This document shows, piece after piece, positions 37,438 through 47,581 of a stretch of DNA of 64,000 bases (position 1 is the first letter of the stretch; every line of letters starts with the position of its first letter). Source of the DNA: Bryobacterales bacterium. Lineage in GTDB: Bacteria; Acidobacteriota; Terriglobia; Bryobacterales; UBA6623. Under the pieces are notes generated by a model that had not been told where the DNA came from, made no database searches, and worked only from the letters and a program-made list of their open reading frames with translations. The position numbers and the translations under genes were made by a program. Where the stretch lies: assembly GCA_028819575.1 (NCBI GenBank), contig JAPPLB010000051.1, forward strand, positions 10,978-74,977, given 5' to 3'.

Positions 37438-37731
37438 GGGAGTTACTCCATTGATTCTAAACCGCTTGCAGATTCTGTTTCTCTAGCGGACCGCCAGGAC
37501 CGGTTCCATGGGCGGCAAAACGGTGTATCAAGCCTCCCGTTGCGTTCGCCCGTATTGCATCGGAACCCTGCTCCTTGCTCGCCCGGCGATTGAGATATCG
37601 AGTTGCTGCCCGTTTCATCGCCGGATCTTCTGGCCGCATTGCTTTCCGGTGCCGCTTCCATGTGCACGCCGGCAGCGAAAGCGGATGCTCCAGGAACAAT
37701 GCTGCCTGACGCGAGCTGCGCCTCCCCAACC

Positions 37732-38391
37732 TCACCCCACGGCTACTTCCGCCAAAGTTTTCCTGTAGTCGGCGAGAAACTGCTCCAGGCCGATGTCGGT
37801 CAGCGGGTGCTTGAAGAGTTGGTGGAAGATCTTGGCGGGCATCGTCGCGATGTGGGACCCGGCCAGGGCGACGTCTTTGACGTGCATCGGTCCCCGAATC
37901 GACGCTGCCAGAACCTGCGTCGGGAAGTCGTAGTTCTCGTAGATCGTGACGATCTCGCGGATGAGTTCGGTGCCTTCCGACGCAATGTCGTCCAGGCGGC
38001 CCATGAACGGGCTGACGATATAGGCGCCGGCTTTTGCCGCCAGCAATGCCTGCGCCGCGCTGAAGCAAAGCGTCACGTTGACCCGGATCCCTTGCGACGA
38101 GAGCGCCTTGGTCGCTTTGATTCCCTCCGGGATCAGCGGGCATTTGACGACGACGTTGGGGTGGATCGCCGCCAGTTCGTGGCCCTCCCGAATCATCTCT
38201 TCCGCTTCGGTAGAGACCACCTCGGCGCTGATATCGCCGTCCACGATTTCGCAGATGGCGCGAATTTGCTCCACGTTCGAGCGGCCCTCTTTGGCGATCA
38301 GCGACGGGTTCGTCGTAACGCCGTCCACGATGCCGAGTGCGGCCGCAGCCCGCAGTTCATCGAGGTTGGCCGTATCCAGGAAAATTTTCAT
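37732..38391 (-). CDS. tal: Transaldolase, short (type 3B / fructose-6-phosphate aldolase-like) form
   Basis: [47 protein letters not shown] and [16 protein letters not shown] are collinear with Bacillus-type Tal. Confidence 0.9.
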   Translation of the reverse strand: MKIFLDTANLDELRAAAALGIVDGVTTNPSLIAKEGRSNVEQIRAICEIVDGDISAEVVSTEAEEMIREGHELAAIHPNVVVKCPLIPEGIKATKALSSQGIRVNVTLCFSAAQALLAAKAGAYIVSPFMGRLDDIASEGTELIREIVTIYENYDFPTQVLAASIRGPMHVKDVALAGSHIATMPAKIFHQLFKHPLTDIGLEQFLADYRKTLAEVAVG

Positions 38392-38730
38392 GGGAGTTCT
38401 CTAACTGACGGCGCCGAAGCTCTGCCGCAAGCGTGATGACGGATGGCTGGGATTGCAGCCCCTCATCATACCAACCGGATTCCCGGGAGGATCTTGTCGG
38501 AGCAATGGGAGAAGTTCCCCTGCTGAGTCAACGAGAGCGTTTCCCTTCGGCAAAAGATGCTGAGCCTTCCGTCTTGTTTTTGCCGCCCCAGCCTGCCTGG
38601 AATGAGGACAGCGAGGATAACGATCGACTTGCGGTCGGTGGGCGGGATTCTTCACAATGCTAACGCGCCGCCGTGAACCAAGGCGGCAAGAGCAGCCCCG
38701 CAGAGTGCGGGCCTTCATCCAGGACCGCCC

Positions 38731-40356
38731 ATGACCACTTCATCCGACATGCGATCATCGCGCCGCCAATTCCTGGGAGGCGCCGCTACGGTAGCTGCGG
38801 CTGGACTGCTCACGCCCGCTTGGGGGCAGGGCCCCAGAAGACCGAACATTCTGTGGATCAGTTGCGAGGACATCAGTCCCGACTTGGGCTGCTACGGCGA
38901 CGCCTACGCCACGAGTCCCAGCATCGACAATTTGGCCGCCGAGGGCGCTCGCTATACGCGCTGCTTCTCGGTTTCGGGTGTCTGCGCGCCGAGCCGCTCG
39001 GCGATCATCACCGGCATGTACCCGACCACCATCGGTACCATGCACATGCGGTCTCGATCCGTACCGCCGCCGGAGGTCAAGTGCTTCCCGGAATATCTCC
39101 GTGCCGCCGGATACTACTGCACGAACAACTCGAAGACCGATTACCAGTTCGAGCCGCCGTTCACTGCATGGGACGAATCGAGCCGGCAAGCCCATTGGCG
39201 GAACCGCGCGCAAGATCAACCGTTCTTCGCCGTCTTCAACCTCACCGTTTCTCACGAAAGCTCGATCCGCATGCCCGCAAGACGTCGTGAACGCGGCGGC
39301 GATCGCGTCCCGCCCGGGATGCGCCACGATCCGGACACAGCCGAGCTACCGCCGTACTACCCTGACACGCCCGTTGTTCGCAAGGACTGGGCAACGTACC
39401 ACGACAACATCACCGCTATGGACATGCAGGTGGCCGGCATCCTCCGCCAGCTTGAAGAGGATGGCTTGGCGGACGACACGATCGTCTTCTTTTGGGGCGA
39501 TCATGGACGGGGATTGCCCCGCGCCAAACGCTGGATCTATGACTCGGGCATCCACGTGCCGCTGGTGATTCGATGGCCGGGCGTGCTCGAACCGGGGTCT
39601 ACGGTCGACGATCTCGTGAGCTTCATCGATTTCGGTCCGACGGTGCTGTCGCTGGCCGGAGTGGCTGTGCCTGCGCATATGCAGGGCCGGCCGTTTTTGG
39701 GCGGGCGGAAAGCTCCGGCGCGCGAGTACGTCTATGCCGCGCGCGATCGTATGGACGAGGCCTACGACCTGATCCGGGCCGTGCGCGACAAGCGCTACAA
39801 GTACCTCCGCAACTACATGCCCGAGGTCACCTACGCCCAGCACATCAATTACATGGACGAGATGCCGACCATGAAGGAGTGGCGGCGCTTGCACGCCGAA
39901 GGCAAGCTCGAGGGCCCAAGGAAGATATTCTTCAGCCGAACCAAGCCGGTCGAGGAGCTGTATGACACGGAGTCCGATCCCCACGAGGTGAACAACCTGG
40001 CCGGCTCGCCCGAGCACCAGGATGTGCTCTTGCGGCTTCGGGCCGAGCATGAGCGTTGGCGCAAGAGCACCAATGACCTCGGGTTGATCCCCGAACCCGA
40101 ATTGATGGAGCGGATGCGCCCCGGTGGCAAATACGAAACGACGGCCGCTCCCGAGATCACCCGGGCTGGCTCAACGGTCAGGATCCGTTGCGCCACCGAG
40201 GGCGCATCCATCGGCTACACCACCGAATCAGGCGATGACGCCCGCTGGATGCTCTACGGCAGCGAGCTGAAGCTCGAACGCGGAGCCGTTCTCAGGGCTA
40301 AAGCCATTCGCATCGGCTTCAACGAAAGCCCCGAGGCGAGGGTGGTAGTGCGTTAG
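38731..40356 (+). CDS. Formylglycine-type sulfatase with Tat signal
   Basis: SRRQFLGGAATVAAAGLL leader, CAPSRSAIITGMYP signature and FWGDHGRGLPRAKRW. Confidence 0.85.
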   Translation: MTTSSDMRSSRRQFLGGAATVAAAGLLTPAWGQGPRRPNILWISCEDISPDLGCYGDAYATSPSIDNLAAEGARYTRCFSVSGVCAPSRSAIITGMYPTTIGTMHMRSRSVPPPEVKCFPEYLRAAGYYCTNNSKTDYQFEPPFTAWDESSRQAHWRNRAQDQPFFAVFNLTVSHESSIRMPARRRERGGDRVPPGMRHDPDTAELPPYYPDTPVVRKDWATYHDNITAMDMQVAGILRQLEEDGLADDTIVFFWGDHGRGLPRAKRWIYDSGIHVPLVIRWPGVLEPGSTVDDLVSFIDFGPTVLSLAGVAVPAHMQGRPFLGGRKAPAREYVYAARDRMDEAYDLIRAVRDKRYKYLRNYMPEVTYAQHINYMDEMPTMKEWRRLHAEGKLEGPRKIFFSRTKPVEELYDTESDPHEVNNLAGSPEHQDVLLRLRAEHERWRKSTNDLGLIPEPELMERMRPGGKYETTAAPEITRAGSTVRIRCATEGASIGYTTESGDDARWMLYGSELKLERGAVLRAKAIRIGFNESPEARVVVR

Positions 40357-40467
40357 GAAATCCAGGAGTGGGAGATGGGATTCCGTCCGGACCGAAACGA
40401 CATTTTGAATCGATACGGCTGCTTGAGCAATGCCGCAATCAGGGTTGATCCTGCCGCCGATGTTAGA

Positions 40468-41403
40468 ATGGACTCGCTTATGATTCGCTTGTTGGCCCTT
40501 CTGGTCATGGCCGCGCTGGCTCCGCTCTCCGCCGCCGACTTGCCGGCCGGCGAAACGCCGCCGGGCAAGGTGGTTCTGGTCCCGCAGCCTCATCATGACG
40601 ACCATTCGACGGATTACGGCATGGCGGGGCTGATCGCGCGCCTGGTCGACGAAGGGTTTCGCGCAATCTACATTCGGGCCAGCAACGACGAAAAAGACGG
40701 CCGCCACGGCTACCCGCGCAATGACATGATCAACGAGCGGGAGACCGAAGAGGCGATCGCAGTCCTCGGCATGGAGAAGGTCATCAGCCTCAACTGGCGC
40801 AACAACTTCGAGTCGGGATATGCGCTCAACGACCTGCGCGAGCAGTTGATCTTTCTGATTCGCAAGTACAAGCCCGACGTGATCCTCGGCCACAACGGCT
40901 GGGAGCACTATCAAAAGAACGCCGGGCACCGCAACGTGGGTTGGATGCTGGAGGAGGCCATCTTGCTGGCGGGGCTGCGCAACGCGCATCCTGAGCATTT
41001 CGAGATGGGTGTCGAGCCCCACGCCGCATCTTACTTCTACGGCAAAGCGCGTCTGACCTGGGGGCTGGGCCATCGGCCGAATATCGTGATGGAGTTCAAC
41101 GCGGACCAGCAGAGGCGCAAGGAGACCGCGTTTCAGCTTCACCGCAACGTCCGCGCCCATCCGTCGGGAGCTCGGTCTGTGCGGAGGCAGCTTGCCCGGA
41201 TGAACTTGTACGTCCCGGAATTCGAGAATCTCGACGATCAGGAGATCGCTGTCCTTATGGCGAACTGGTCCATGGAGCACATTTCACGGCTTCACGGATC
41301 GCATGCCGGAGTCGAGTTCGGTGAGGAGTACTACTTCAAGGGCGAGTTCTATGATCTGCCGGGACTCCAAGGTTATTTTGAGGAAAACATGGAAACCCGG
41401 TAG
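40468..41403 (+). CDS. Secreted PIG-L/LmbE-like deacetylase, paralog 1
   Basis: Signal peptide MIRLLALLVMAALAPLSA. The motif is VPQPHHDDHSTDYG (PIG-L-like H-x-D-D zinc motif). Start is 40468 or 40480. Confidence 0.65.
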   Translation: MDSLMIRLLALLVMAALAPLSAADLPAGETPPGKVVLVPQPHHDDHSTDYGMAGLIARLVDEGFRAIYIRASNDEKDGRHGYPRNDMINERETEEAIAVLGMEKVISLNWRNNFESGYALNDLREQLIFLIRKYKPDVILGHNGWEHYQKNAGHRNVGWMLEEAILLAGLRNAHPEHFEMGVEPHAASYFYGKARLTWGLGHRPNIVMEFNADQQRRKETAFQLHRNVRAHPSGARSVRRQLARMNLYVPEFENLDDQEIAVLMANWSMEHISRLHGSHAGVEFGEEYYFKGEFYDLPGLQGYFEENMETR

Positions 41404-41455
41404 AGTTCCCAGGGCGTGTTACAATCGGCGTCCGAGATCGTTCCGGTTGACTCTC

Positions 41456-42388
41456 ATGAACCGTTTCACTCTTTCAATCGTTCTACTGGGCATATGCGGT
41501 GTCTTGTCAGCCGCGGACCTGCCGCTTGTTGATCCGCCTCCAGGCAAGGTCTTGCTGGTGGCGCAGCCTCATCACGACGATCACACCACGGACTACGGCC
41601 TTGCCGGTGTGATTCTGCGATTCATCGCCGACGGCTACAAGGCCTACTACGTGCGCGGGACCAACGACGAGAAAGACGGCCGCCTCGGCTTTCCGCGCAA
41701 CGACATGATGAACCTCAAGGAAACCTATGATGCCCTCCGCATCCTGGGAATGGAAGATCATGTCATCAACCTGAACTGGCGCAACAACTTCGAGACGTCG
41801 TATGCGCTCAACGATCAGCGTGAGCAGTTGATCTTCCTGGTTCGCAAGTACAAACCGGATGCGGTCGCGGGTCACAACGCCTGGGAGCATTACCAGAAAA
41901 ACCCGGGCCACCGCAACCTATCGTGGAATTACGAAGAGGCCTACTGGCTGGCGGGCTATCGCAACGTGCATCCCGAGCATTTCGAGATGGGCGTCGGGCC
42001 CCATGAAACGTATCACTACTTTGGCAAGGCCCGCCTCGACTGGGGGCGCGGCCACCGTCCGAACGTCATCCTCGAGATGACCGAGGAACAGGTCAAGGTC
42101 AAGGAAAAGGCCATCCATGCGCATCAGCACGTCTATGCGAACCCCGGCGGTGCGCGCTCGACGAGAACCCGTCTGGCTCTACAGGGGCTCTACTTGCCCG
42201 AGCTCGAGGACGTCGATGACGATACGACCGCCGGCAACATGATGATCGAATGGAACATGAACTGGATCTCGAGGCGCTGGGGCAAAGAGGCGAACGTCAA
42301 GTACGGCGAAGACTACTACTACATGGGCGAGTTCTATCACCTGCCGGGTCTGAAAGAGTTTCTCGACGAGAACGTGGAGGCCAAATGA
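41456..42388 (+). CDS. Secreted PIG-L/LmbE-like deacetylase, paralog 2
   Basis: Start revised to ATG 41456 (MNRFTLSIVLLGICGVLSA). It carries AQPHHDDHTTDYG and is collinear with paralog 1 along its whole length. Confidence 0.65.
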   Translation: MNRFTLSIVLLGICGVLSAADLPLVDPPPGKVLLVAQPHHDDHTTDYGLAGVILRFIADGYKAYYVRGTNDEKDGRLGFPRNDMMNLKETYDALRILGMEDHVINLNWRNNFETSYALNDQREQLIFLVRKYKPDAVAGHNAWEHYQKNPGHRNLSWNYEEAYWLAGYRNVHPEHFEMGVGPHETYHYFGKARLDWGRGHRPNVILEMTEEQVKVKEKAIHAHQHVYANPGGARSTRTRLALQGLYLPELEDVDDDTTAGNMMIEWNMNWISRRWGKEANVKYGEDYYYMGEFYHLPGLKEFLDENVEAK

Positions 42389-43290
42389 CCCGACGCATCC
42401 TGGCGTTTGTATCCCTCATATTCCTCGCCGCTGTGGCGCCGCTTGCGGCTCAGATCGGCGAGACGAACAATACGGTCGTCGTCATTACCTCCGACGCGAG
42501 CAACTACGTGCTGCACGCCGGCGGAACGGTGGCGAAGATGGTCGAGGACGGCATGGAGGGAATCCTGATCCGCATCGGGAACGATGAGAAAGACTCCTGG
42601 GACCTGTCTCCTGAGGAGACCGCGCTGCGGACGAAGCAGGAAAGCGAGGCGGCCGCGAAGATCCTGGGCATCAGCAAGGTCATTTCGCTCGGCTTCAGGT
42701 CATCGGACTTCCGCGACGTCCCGTTCACGACGATGCGCGATAGATTGGCCTATTACATCCGGGTCCACAAGCCGCGCGTGCTGTTCATCCCGAACCCGCA
42801 CACGCAGTACGACCGCAACCATGACCGCTACTACGGCGGACGCGCCGCGGAAGACGCCTGGCGTGCGGCGGCGTTCAAGAACTATCTCCCCGCCATGAAA
42901 GATGTCAACCTGGGAGCGCACGTGACTCCGGAGGTCTATTACTTCGCTCCGCTGGTGGACCCTGCTCGGCGTGAGCCCGAGTCCACGGGGACCTTTGTGC
43001 CGCAGCCGAAGATGACCGATATCTCCGGCACGCTCGAAAAGAAGATCAAAGCCGCCCAGGCGCTGAAGACCATCAATCACAGCCTCGCAATGAGGTTGAA
43101 ACAACGGCTCGATTCCACCGATCGGCGGTTGCCGCTGCTCGACAGTGTGGACGAGGCGTCGATCAACAAGCTGGTCGAGCAGCGGGTTCGCGGTTTGGCG
43201 CGGCTTTCCGCCGAAGGCACTGACTTTCAAGCGGCCGAAGAGTTTCGCTACGCAGGGGTCGAGTACCGGATTCCGGCGTCTTACAGATAG
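42385..43290 (+). CDS. Secreted PIG-L/LmbE-like deacetylase, divergent paralog 3
   Basis: Its ATG 42385 overlaps the upstream TGA (ATGA), and SD GTGGAGG lies upstream. Signal peptide MTRRILAFVSLIFLAAVAPLAAQ. It has the same fold-level pattern (NDEKDSW, RVHKPRVLFIPNPH) but a modified N-terminal metal motif. Confidence 0.55.
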   Translation: MTRRILAFVSLIFLAAVAPLAAQIGETNNTVVVITSDASNYVLHAGGTVAKMVEDGMEGILIRIGNDEKDSWDLSPEETALRTKQESEAAAKILGISKVISLGFRSSDFRDVPFTTMRDRLAYYIRVHKPRVLFIPNPHTQYDRNHDRYYGGRAAEDAWRAAAFKNYLPAMKDVNLGAHVTPEVYYFAPLVDPARREPESTGTFVPQPKMTDISGTLEKKIKAAQALKTINHSLAMRLKQRLDSTDRRLPLLDSVDEASINKLVEQRVRGLARLSAEGTDFQAAEEFRYAGVEYRIPASYR

Positions 43291-43452
43291 CTCCGGGGCC
43301 TTGCGCTTTTACAAAAACCGCCGCCTCCTGATGGCGGCTCTCGCCCCCGTTGTTGACTGCGAGTTGCTCCAACGGGGTTTGCCGTCCCCTGTTCGGTCTG
43401 AACAGTACGGAACTGCCGCGTCGCCGACCCTCTTGTTGGGTCTTTCGCTGAA

Positions 43453-45189
43453 CTACTGGACGGTGATCGCGTAAGGGGCGAGACGTAGAACACCGCCCTC
43501 GAGCAGGGATGGAGAGATCGCGAAGCGCTTCGGGTTCAAGTTCGAAGGCAGTCGGAGTGAACCCTTCCAGGCAAATCTGTCTACATCGAAAAGGGCCTCG
43601 ATGAGTTGCTGCGGACCAGGGTAGGGAACCAGACGGTACTCTCCGTCCTGCAGCTCGGCTGCTTGCTGCGCCAGCTCGATGGCCCGATCGAAACCGCCGA
43701 GTTCGTCGACCAGTCCCTTTTCGTATGCCTGATTGCCGAGCCAGACCCGCCCCTGCGCGACCTCCTCGATCTCCTCCCATGAGCGCTCCCGTGAGTCGGC
43801 CACTTTCTGCACGAAAGTCTTGTACACCGCCTGGATTTCGTGACGCAGCTTCGCTCGTTCTTCCCTGGTGAGTGGGCGGTAGTCGCTATCGATGGCGGCG
43901 AAACGGCCCCGCGTGAGAATCTCTTTCTTTACGCCGATCTTGTCATAAAGGCCTCGCAGGTTCATCTTGCCGTAGATGACGCCGATCGAGCCGGTGAACG
44001 TGCCGGGATAAGCCACCACCGGAGCTTGGGCCATCGAGATGTAATACCCCCCCGACGCCGCCACGTTCGACATCGATACCACCAGAGGCTTTTTCTCCCG
44101 CAGCAGATTCACTTCTCTCCACATGCGGTCCGAAGCGAAAGCGTCCCCGCCCGGAGAGTTCACCCGTAGGATGACCGCCTTGACGTCGTCCTTCTCCCGC
44201 ACCTCGCGCAGTGTTTTTGAGAAGCTCTCGTCGCCCAGGATCCGTGCGTCAAGGAAGGGGTCAACTTCACTGTTGCCCGACATGATGTCACCGACTGCGT
44301 AAACGACCGCGATCTGGTCGCCCCCTCCGAAACCGGTGGTGCTCTCCAAAGGCTTCCGGTAGGCCGAGAACGTGACTTCCCGCCACTCCTCTTGTTCCAG
44401 CTTTTCCTTGACGTAATCTCTGAACTGATCTTCGTACTTCAACCCGTCGATGAGTCCCGCCTCGACGGCGTCCGATGAAAGAAACGGCCCCTCGTCCAGC
44501 AAGGCGCGGAAGGCATCGTCCGGCATTTCCCGCGACTTCGCTACCGTTGCGATGAATCTCGTATACAGGTCGTCCAGCACGGAATTGACGACCTCGCGAT
44601 ACTCGTCCGACATCGACGAACGGGAGAACGGCTCCGCGGCGCTCTTGTACTTGCCGATGCGCTCCACCTCTGCTTCGATGCCCAGCTTATCGAGGGTGTC
44701 GGCGTAGAAGCTCACCTCGGCGCGCAGGCCCTTCATGTCGAGAATGGCTTCGGGGACCATGAATATTTCGTCGGCAGTGCTGGAGACGAAATAGTCGATC
44801 GTGCCGGCGTTGTTCAACAGGGCGATGACAGGCTTGCCCGACTTCTTGAAATTCTCGATGCCGTATCGGATTTCCTGAGCCTTCGCCCATCCCGTCCCGA
44901 GGCCACCGCTCTCCAGGACCAGAGCGGAGATGCGTTCGTCGTCTGCGGCTTCCTTGAGAGCGTTCCGGAGATCCAAGAGAGTCGGAGGAGGTCCGTGGCG
45001 AAGCCATTGAATGCTGAATTCGCTCGCAGCGTGTTCGGGGATGTCGCCTCGGAGGCGCATCGTGAGAATGGAGTCCTTCTGAATGGACGGCTGACCCGGG
45101 CTGAGCGAGGCGATCAGCGCCACCACGAAGACCGCCATGAAGAACGTGAGCAGAATGCCCGTAAGGATGCCGAGGAGAAACTTGGCCAT
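43453..45189 (-). CDS. sppA: Signal peptide peptidase SppA (67K type, tandem S49 domains)
   Basis: 578 aa with an N-terminal TM segment. It has duplicated ClpP/S49 modules (VLESGGLGTGWAKAQE and NSPGGDAFASD...SMSNVAASGGYYI). Confidence 0.85.
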   Translation of the reverse strand: MAKFLLGILTGILLTFFMAVFVVALIASLSPGQPSIQKDSILTMRLRGDIPEHAASEFSIQWLRHGPPPTLLDLRNALKEAADDERISALVLESGGLGTGWAKAQEIRYGIENFKKSGKPVIALLNNAGTIDYFVSSTADEIFMVPEAILDMKGLRAEVSFYADTLDKLGIEAEVERIGKYKSAAEPFSRSSMSDEYREVVNSVLDDLYTRFIATVAKSREMPDDAFRALLDEGPFLSSDAVEAGLIDGLKYEDQFRDYVKEKLEQEEWREVTFSAYRKPLESTTGFGGGDQIAVVYAVGDIMSGNSEVDPFLDARILGDESFSKTLREVREKDDVKAVILRVNSPGGDAFASDRMWREVNLLREKKPLVVSMSNVAASGGYYISMAQAPVVAYPGTFTGSIGVIYGKMNLRGLYDKIGVKKEILTRGRFAAIDSDYRPLTREERAKLRHEIQAVYKTFVQKVADSRERSWEEIEEVAQGRVWLGNQAYEKGLVDELGGFDRAIELAQQAAELQDGEYRLVPYPGPQQLIEALFDVDRFAWKGSLRLPSNLNPKRFAISPSLLEGGVLRLAPYAITVQ

Positions 45190-45339
45190 GGGAGGTCCGC
45201 CGATCGTCCTGCAAGAGCTCGTTGACGGATTACTGATGCGATCCGCAAGCTCTCAAGGAGGACTCATTATAAGTATTTGCCCGTCAGGGGCGGCAGACTG
45301 CTGGCGGGTTCTGCGGGAGCAGTCGCCTGCACCGCAGCT

Positions 45340-45834
45340 TTAGGATTCCGGTGGTTTCTTGATGATGCGGCCGAACTGGTTGCCTATGGTGTCTCCATGG
45401 CTCCAGGTGCCGGCGTATTGTCCGCGATAGAAGAGCACACGCGCTGAGAACGTGCCGAGTCCGGGGATTGCCGTGTCGGTGAGGCTCACCACCGGCGTGT
45501 CGCCGGCCCACTCGACAGTCACCGGTACCGGCACGGTCACATCGCGGCTGCCGTACTGAATACGGGTGTTGATGGTCCAGAGGCTGCCGGCAATTTTCGT
45601 GACGCTGTTGATCTCATAGCGTTCCGTCCGTAGCGCTTCGGACTCGCGTCCGTTGATGGTGAAGGAGCCTTCCAGAACAGCCCCGGTCAATGATTCTTCG
45701 AATTCCGATTCCAGCGCCTCCTGCGAGGGTGGCTGGCCCGCGCATCCGGACAACTGCAGAATCGCCAGAACGCTGGCGGCGAGACAACCTGCCGGTCGAA
45801 TCCCGGCCTTTCCGAAAACCATGGGAACCTCCAA
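45340..45834 (-). CDS. Lipoprotein, hypothetical
   Basis: Lipobox LQLSGC after a hydrophobic leader. No recognisable domain. Confidence 0.5.
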   Translation of the reverse strand: MEVPMVFGKAGIRPAGCLAASVLAILQLSGCAGQPPSQEALESEFEESLTGAVLEGSFTINGRESEALRTERYEINSVTKIAGSLWTINTRIQYGSRDVTVPVPVTVEWAGDTPVVSLTDTAIPGLGTFSARVLFYRGQYAGTWSHGDTIGNQFGRIIKKPPES

Positions 45835-45904
45835 CGCCGACGCACGCCGACGCCAAGAGCTGATTCTACCCGGTCTCTCTCACCGCGTGGGGAAGAGACG
45901 GATT

Positions 45905-46089
45905 GTCCTGCATATCCCACCATGTGGCGAGGCGAAGTGTGTGAGAGGGCGGTCAGTGCGAGGCGCGAGCCGGGCGGAGGAAAAAGGCGCGCACAGGCGT
46001 ACTTGCCGAATCGCCTCCTTCACCCCTCGAGTCACGAATCACGGCCTTTTCCCCGTGCTTCATCCGTCGGGTGGTGAGAAATGCAGGTC
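45905..46089 (+). mobile_element. Family-1 element, copy 9 (mosaic variant lacking the heptamer module)
   Basis: GTCCTGCATATCCCACCATGTGG... has a standard left arm. The sequence then runs ...GCGTACTTGCCGAATCGCCTCCTTCACCCCTCGAGTCACGAATCACGGCCTTTTCC...GGGTGGTGAGAAATGCAGGTCA. The terminal TCA is the TGA stop of rnd on the minus strand. Confidence 0.85.
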
Positions 46090-47305
46090 AGTGTCGCGAT
46101 AGCGTCTGGCGTGTGGTCTGTCCGGTGGAAACTTCGATGTACTGCACGCGGCCTTTCGTGAAAGTAAGTGCTTGACGGCCGTTCAGGACTTCCATCAGTG
46201 CTTCCCCAATCTCTCCGGAGACACCCGGTTTCAGCAAGCCTGAATCGGCAAGCTCGCCGGCGCTCTGGAAGCGGCCCCGCAGAAGCTTGACCACGTCATC
46301 CGGCTCGATCACGTAGCGGGCCGGTACTTTGTGCTCTCGCGCCAGCAGGTTCAGGAAACACTTCAGGACGGATACGGCGGGCGCCTCGTCCCCGTCTGGT
46401 TGCGTCTTGCGCGGCGGCGTCGGGCGGTTTTCCGGGGGCAGGTCTTTTCCGCGCTGGATCGCATTGAGAATCGCTGGGCCCTCTTTCTGAAGCAGTTTGG
46501 CTCCGAACCCTCGGAAATGCGACAAGTCTTCAAGGTTCGTCGGCCTCGCCTTGGCGAGACTGAGTAGAACGCTGTCTTCGGCGACCCAGCGGCGGGGGAT
46601 ATCAGACTTCCGTACCTTGTTTTCCCTCCAGCGGACGAGTTCGCGGAGCACGGCATACGTCACTGAGCCCGCACTGCGGCCCGATGCGATGCGAGACGCA
46701 ATCGCATCCGGGTCCGGCTCGTAGCGGCGAGGGTCGGCGAATGCGGCCGAGAGGGTCATGGCCCATTCTCGCCGTCCGGCCTTGTCGAGGTCGGCCAGAA
46801 GCAGGTCGGTGGCCCGCACCAGGTGCTTCACGTCTCCGACGGCATATTCCGCCATCGCAGGCGGCAGCGGACGCTTTGTCCAATTGGTCCGGGTGTGGCC
46901 CTTGGGCAATTGGATGTCCAGCAGCTTGCGCAGTAGCGGCCCCAGGCCGATTTGATCACCCGAACCCGTGAGCGCCGCCGCGATGGCCGTATCGAGCAGC
47001 GGCTCTGCCAGGATTCCGTAGGCGTGATGCAGGCATTCCTGATCTTGCTCGGCCGCGTGGGCGGCTTTGAGAATCTTCGGGTCGGTCAAGACGCCAAGCA
47101 GGGGTTCGAGATCTCCCGGCGAGAGCGCCAGTGGGTCGACGAGCCAGGCGTTCTGGCGGTCGGCGAATTGGAGCAGGCCCAACCGGGGATAGAAAGTTCT
47201 CTCTCGCAGAAACTCCGTGTCGAACGCGATGATCTTCTCTCGCGATAACGATTCCGCCACTGCCGAGACGGCGGCAGCGTCAGTGATCGGTACGGGCTTG
47301 CGCAT
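46088..47305 (-). CDS. rnd: Ribonuclease D (DEDDy 3'-5' exonuclease with HRDC domain)
   Basis: Motifs IAFDTEF (Exo I), HAAEQDQECL (Exo II) and EYAVGDVKHL (Exo III). The start is uncertain (ATG at 47305, 47341, 47380, or 47476 as in the track). Confidence 0.75.
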   Translation of the reverse strand: MRKPVPITDAAAVSAVAESLSREKIIAFDTEFLRERTFYPRLGLLQFADRQNAWLVDPLALSPGDLEPLLGVLTDPKILKAAHAAEQDQECLHHAYGILAEPLLDTAIAAALTGSGDQIGLGPLLRKLLDIQLPKGHTRTNWTKRPLPPAMAEYAVGDVKHLVRATDLLLADLDKAGRREWAMTLSAAFADPRRYEPDPDAIASRIASGRSAGSVTYAVLRELVRWRENKVRKSDIPRRWVAEDSVLLSLAKARPTNLEDLSHFRGFGAKLLQKEGPAILNAIQRGKDLPPENRPTPPRKTQPDGDEAPAVSVLKCFLNLLAREHKVPARYVIEPDDVVKLLRGRFQSAGELADSGLLKPGVSGEIGEALMEVLNGRQALTFTKGRVQYIEVSTGQTTRQTLSRH

Positions 47306-47581
47306 GCCGGACGCGCTATTCGTTTCGGCTGGTGGCGCCATGACGGAGAACGGCGCCGAGCCGCTTGTGTGCAAAGACATCCCTGTTGGGCTGACCTCTA
47401 CCGGGTCAGCGGAAACTATCGATCGTCGAAGGACAAGAAAACGGGTGGACAACCCCGGCGGGAATACTTCCATCATACGCTATTGCCCCCCCCCGCGGCG
47501 GGGAGGTTTCCGCTCCCACTGGCCTGCAAGCGCTTCTTTCCAAGTCTCGGCCAGCCCGCCCAATGCTAGAATTCGAACGCC

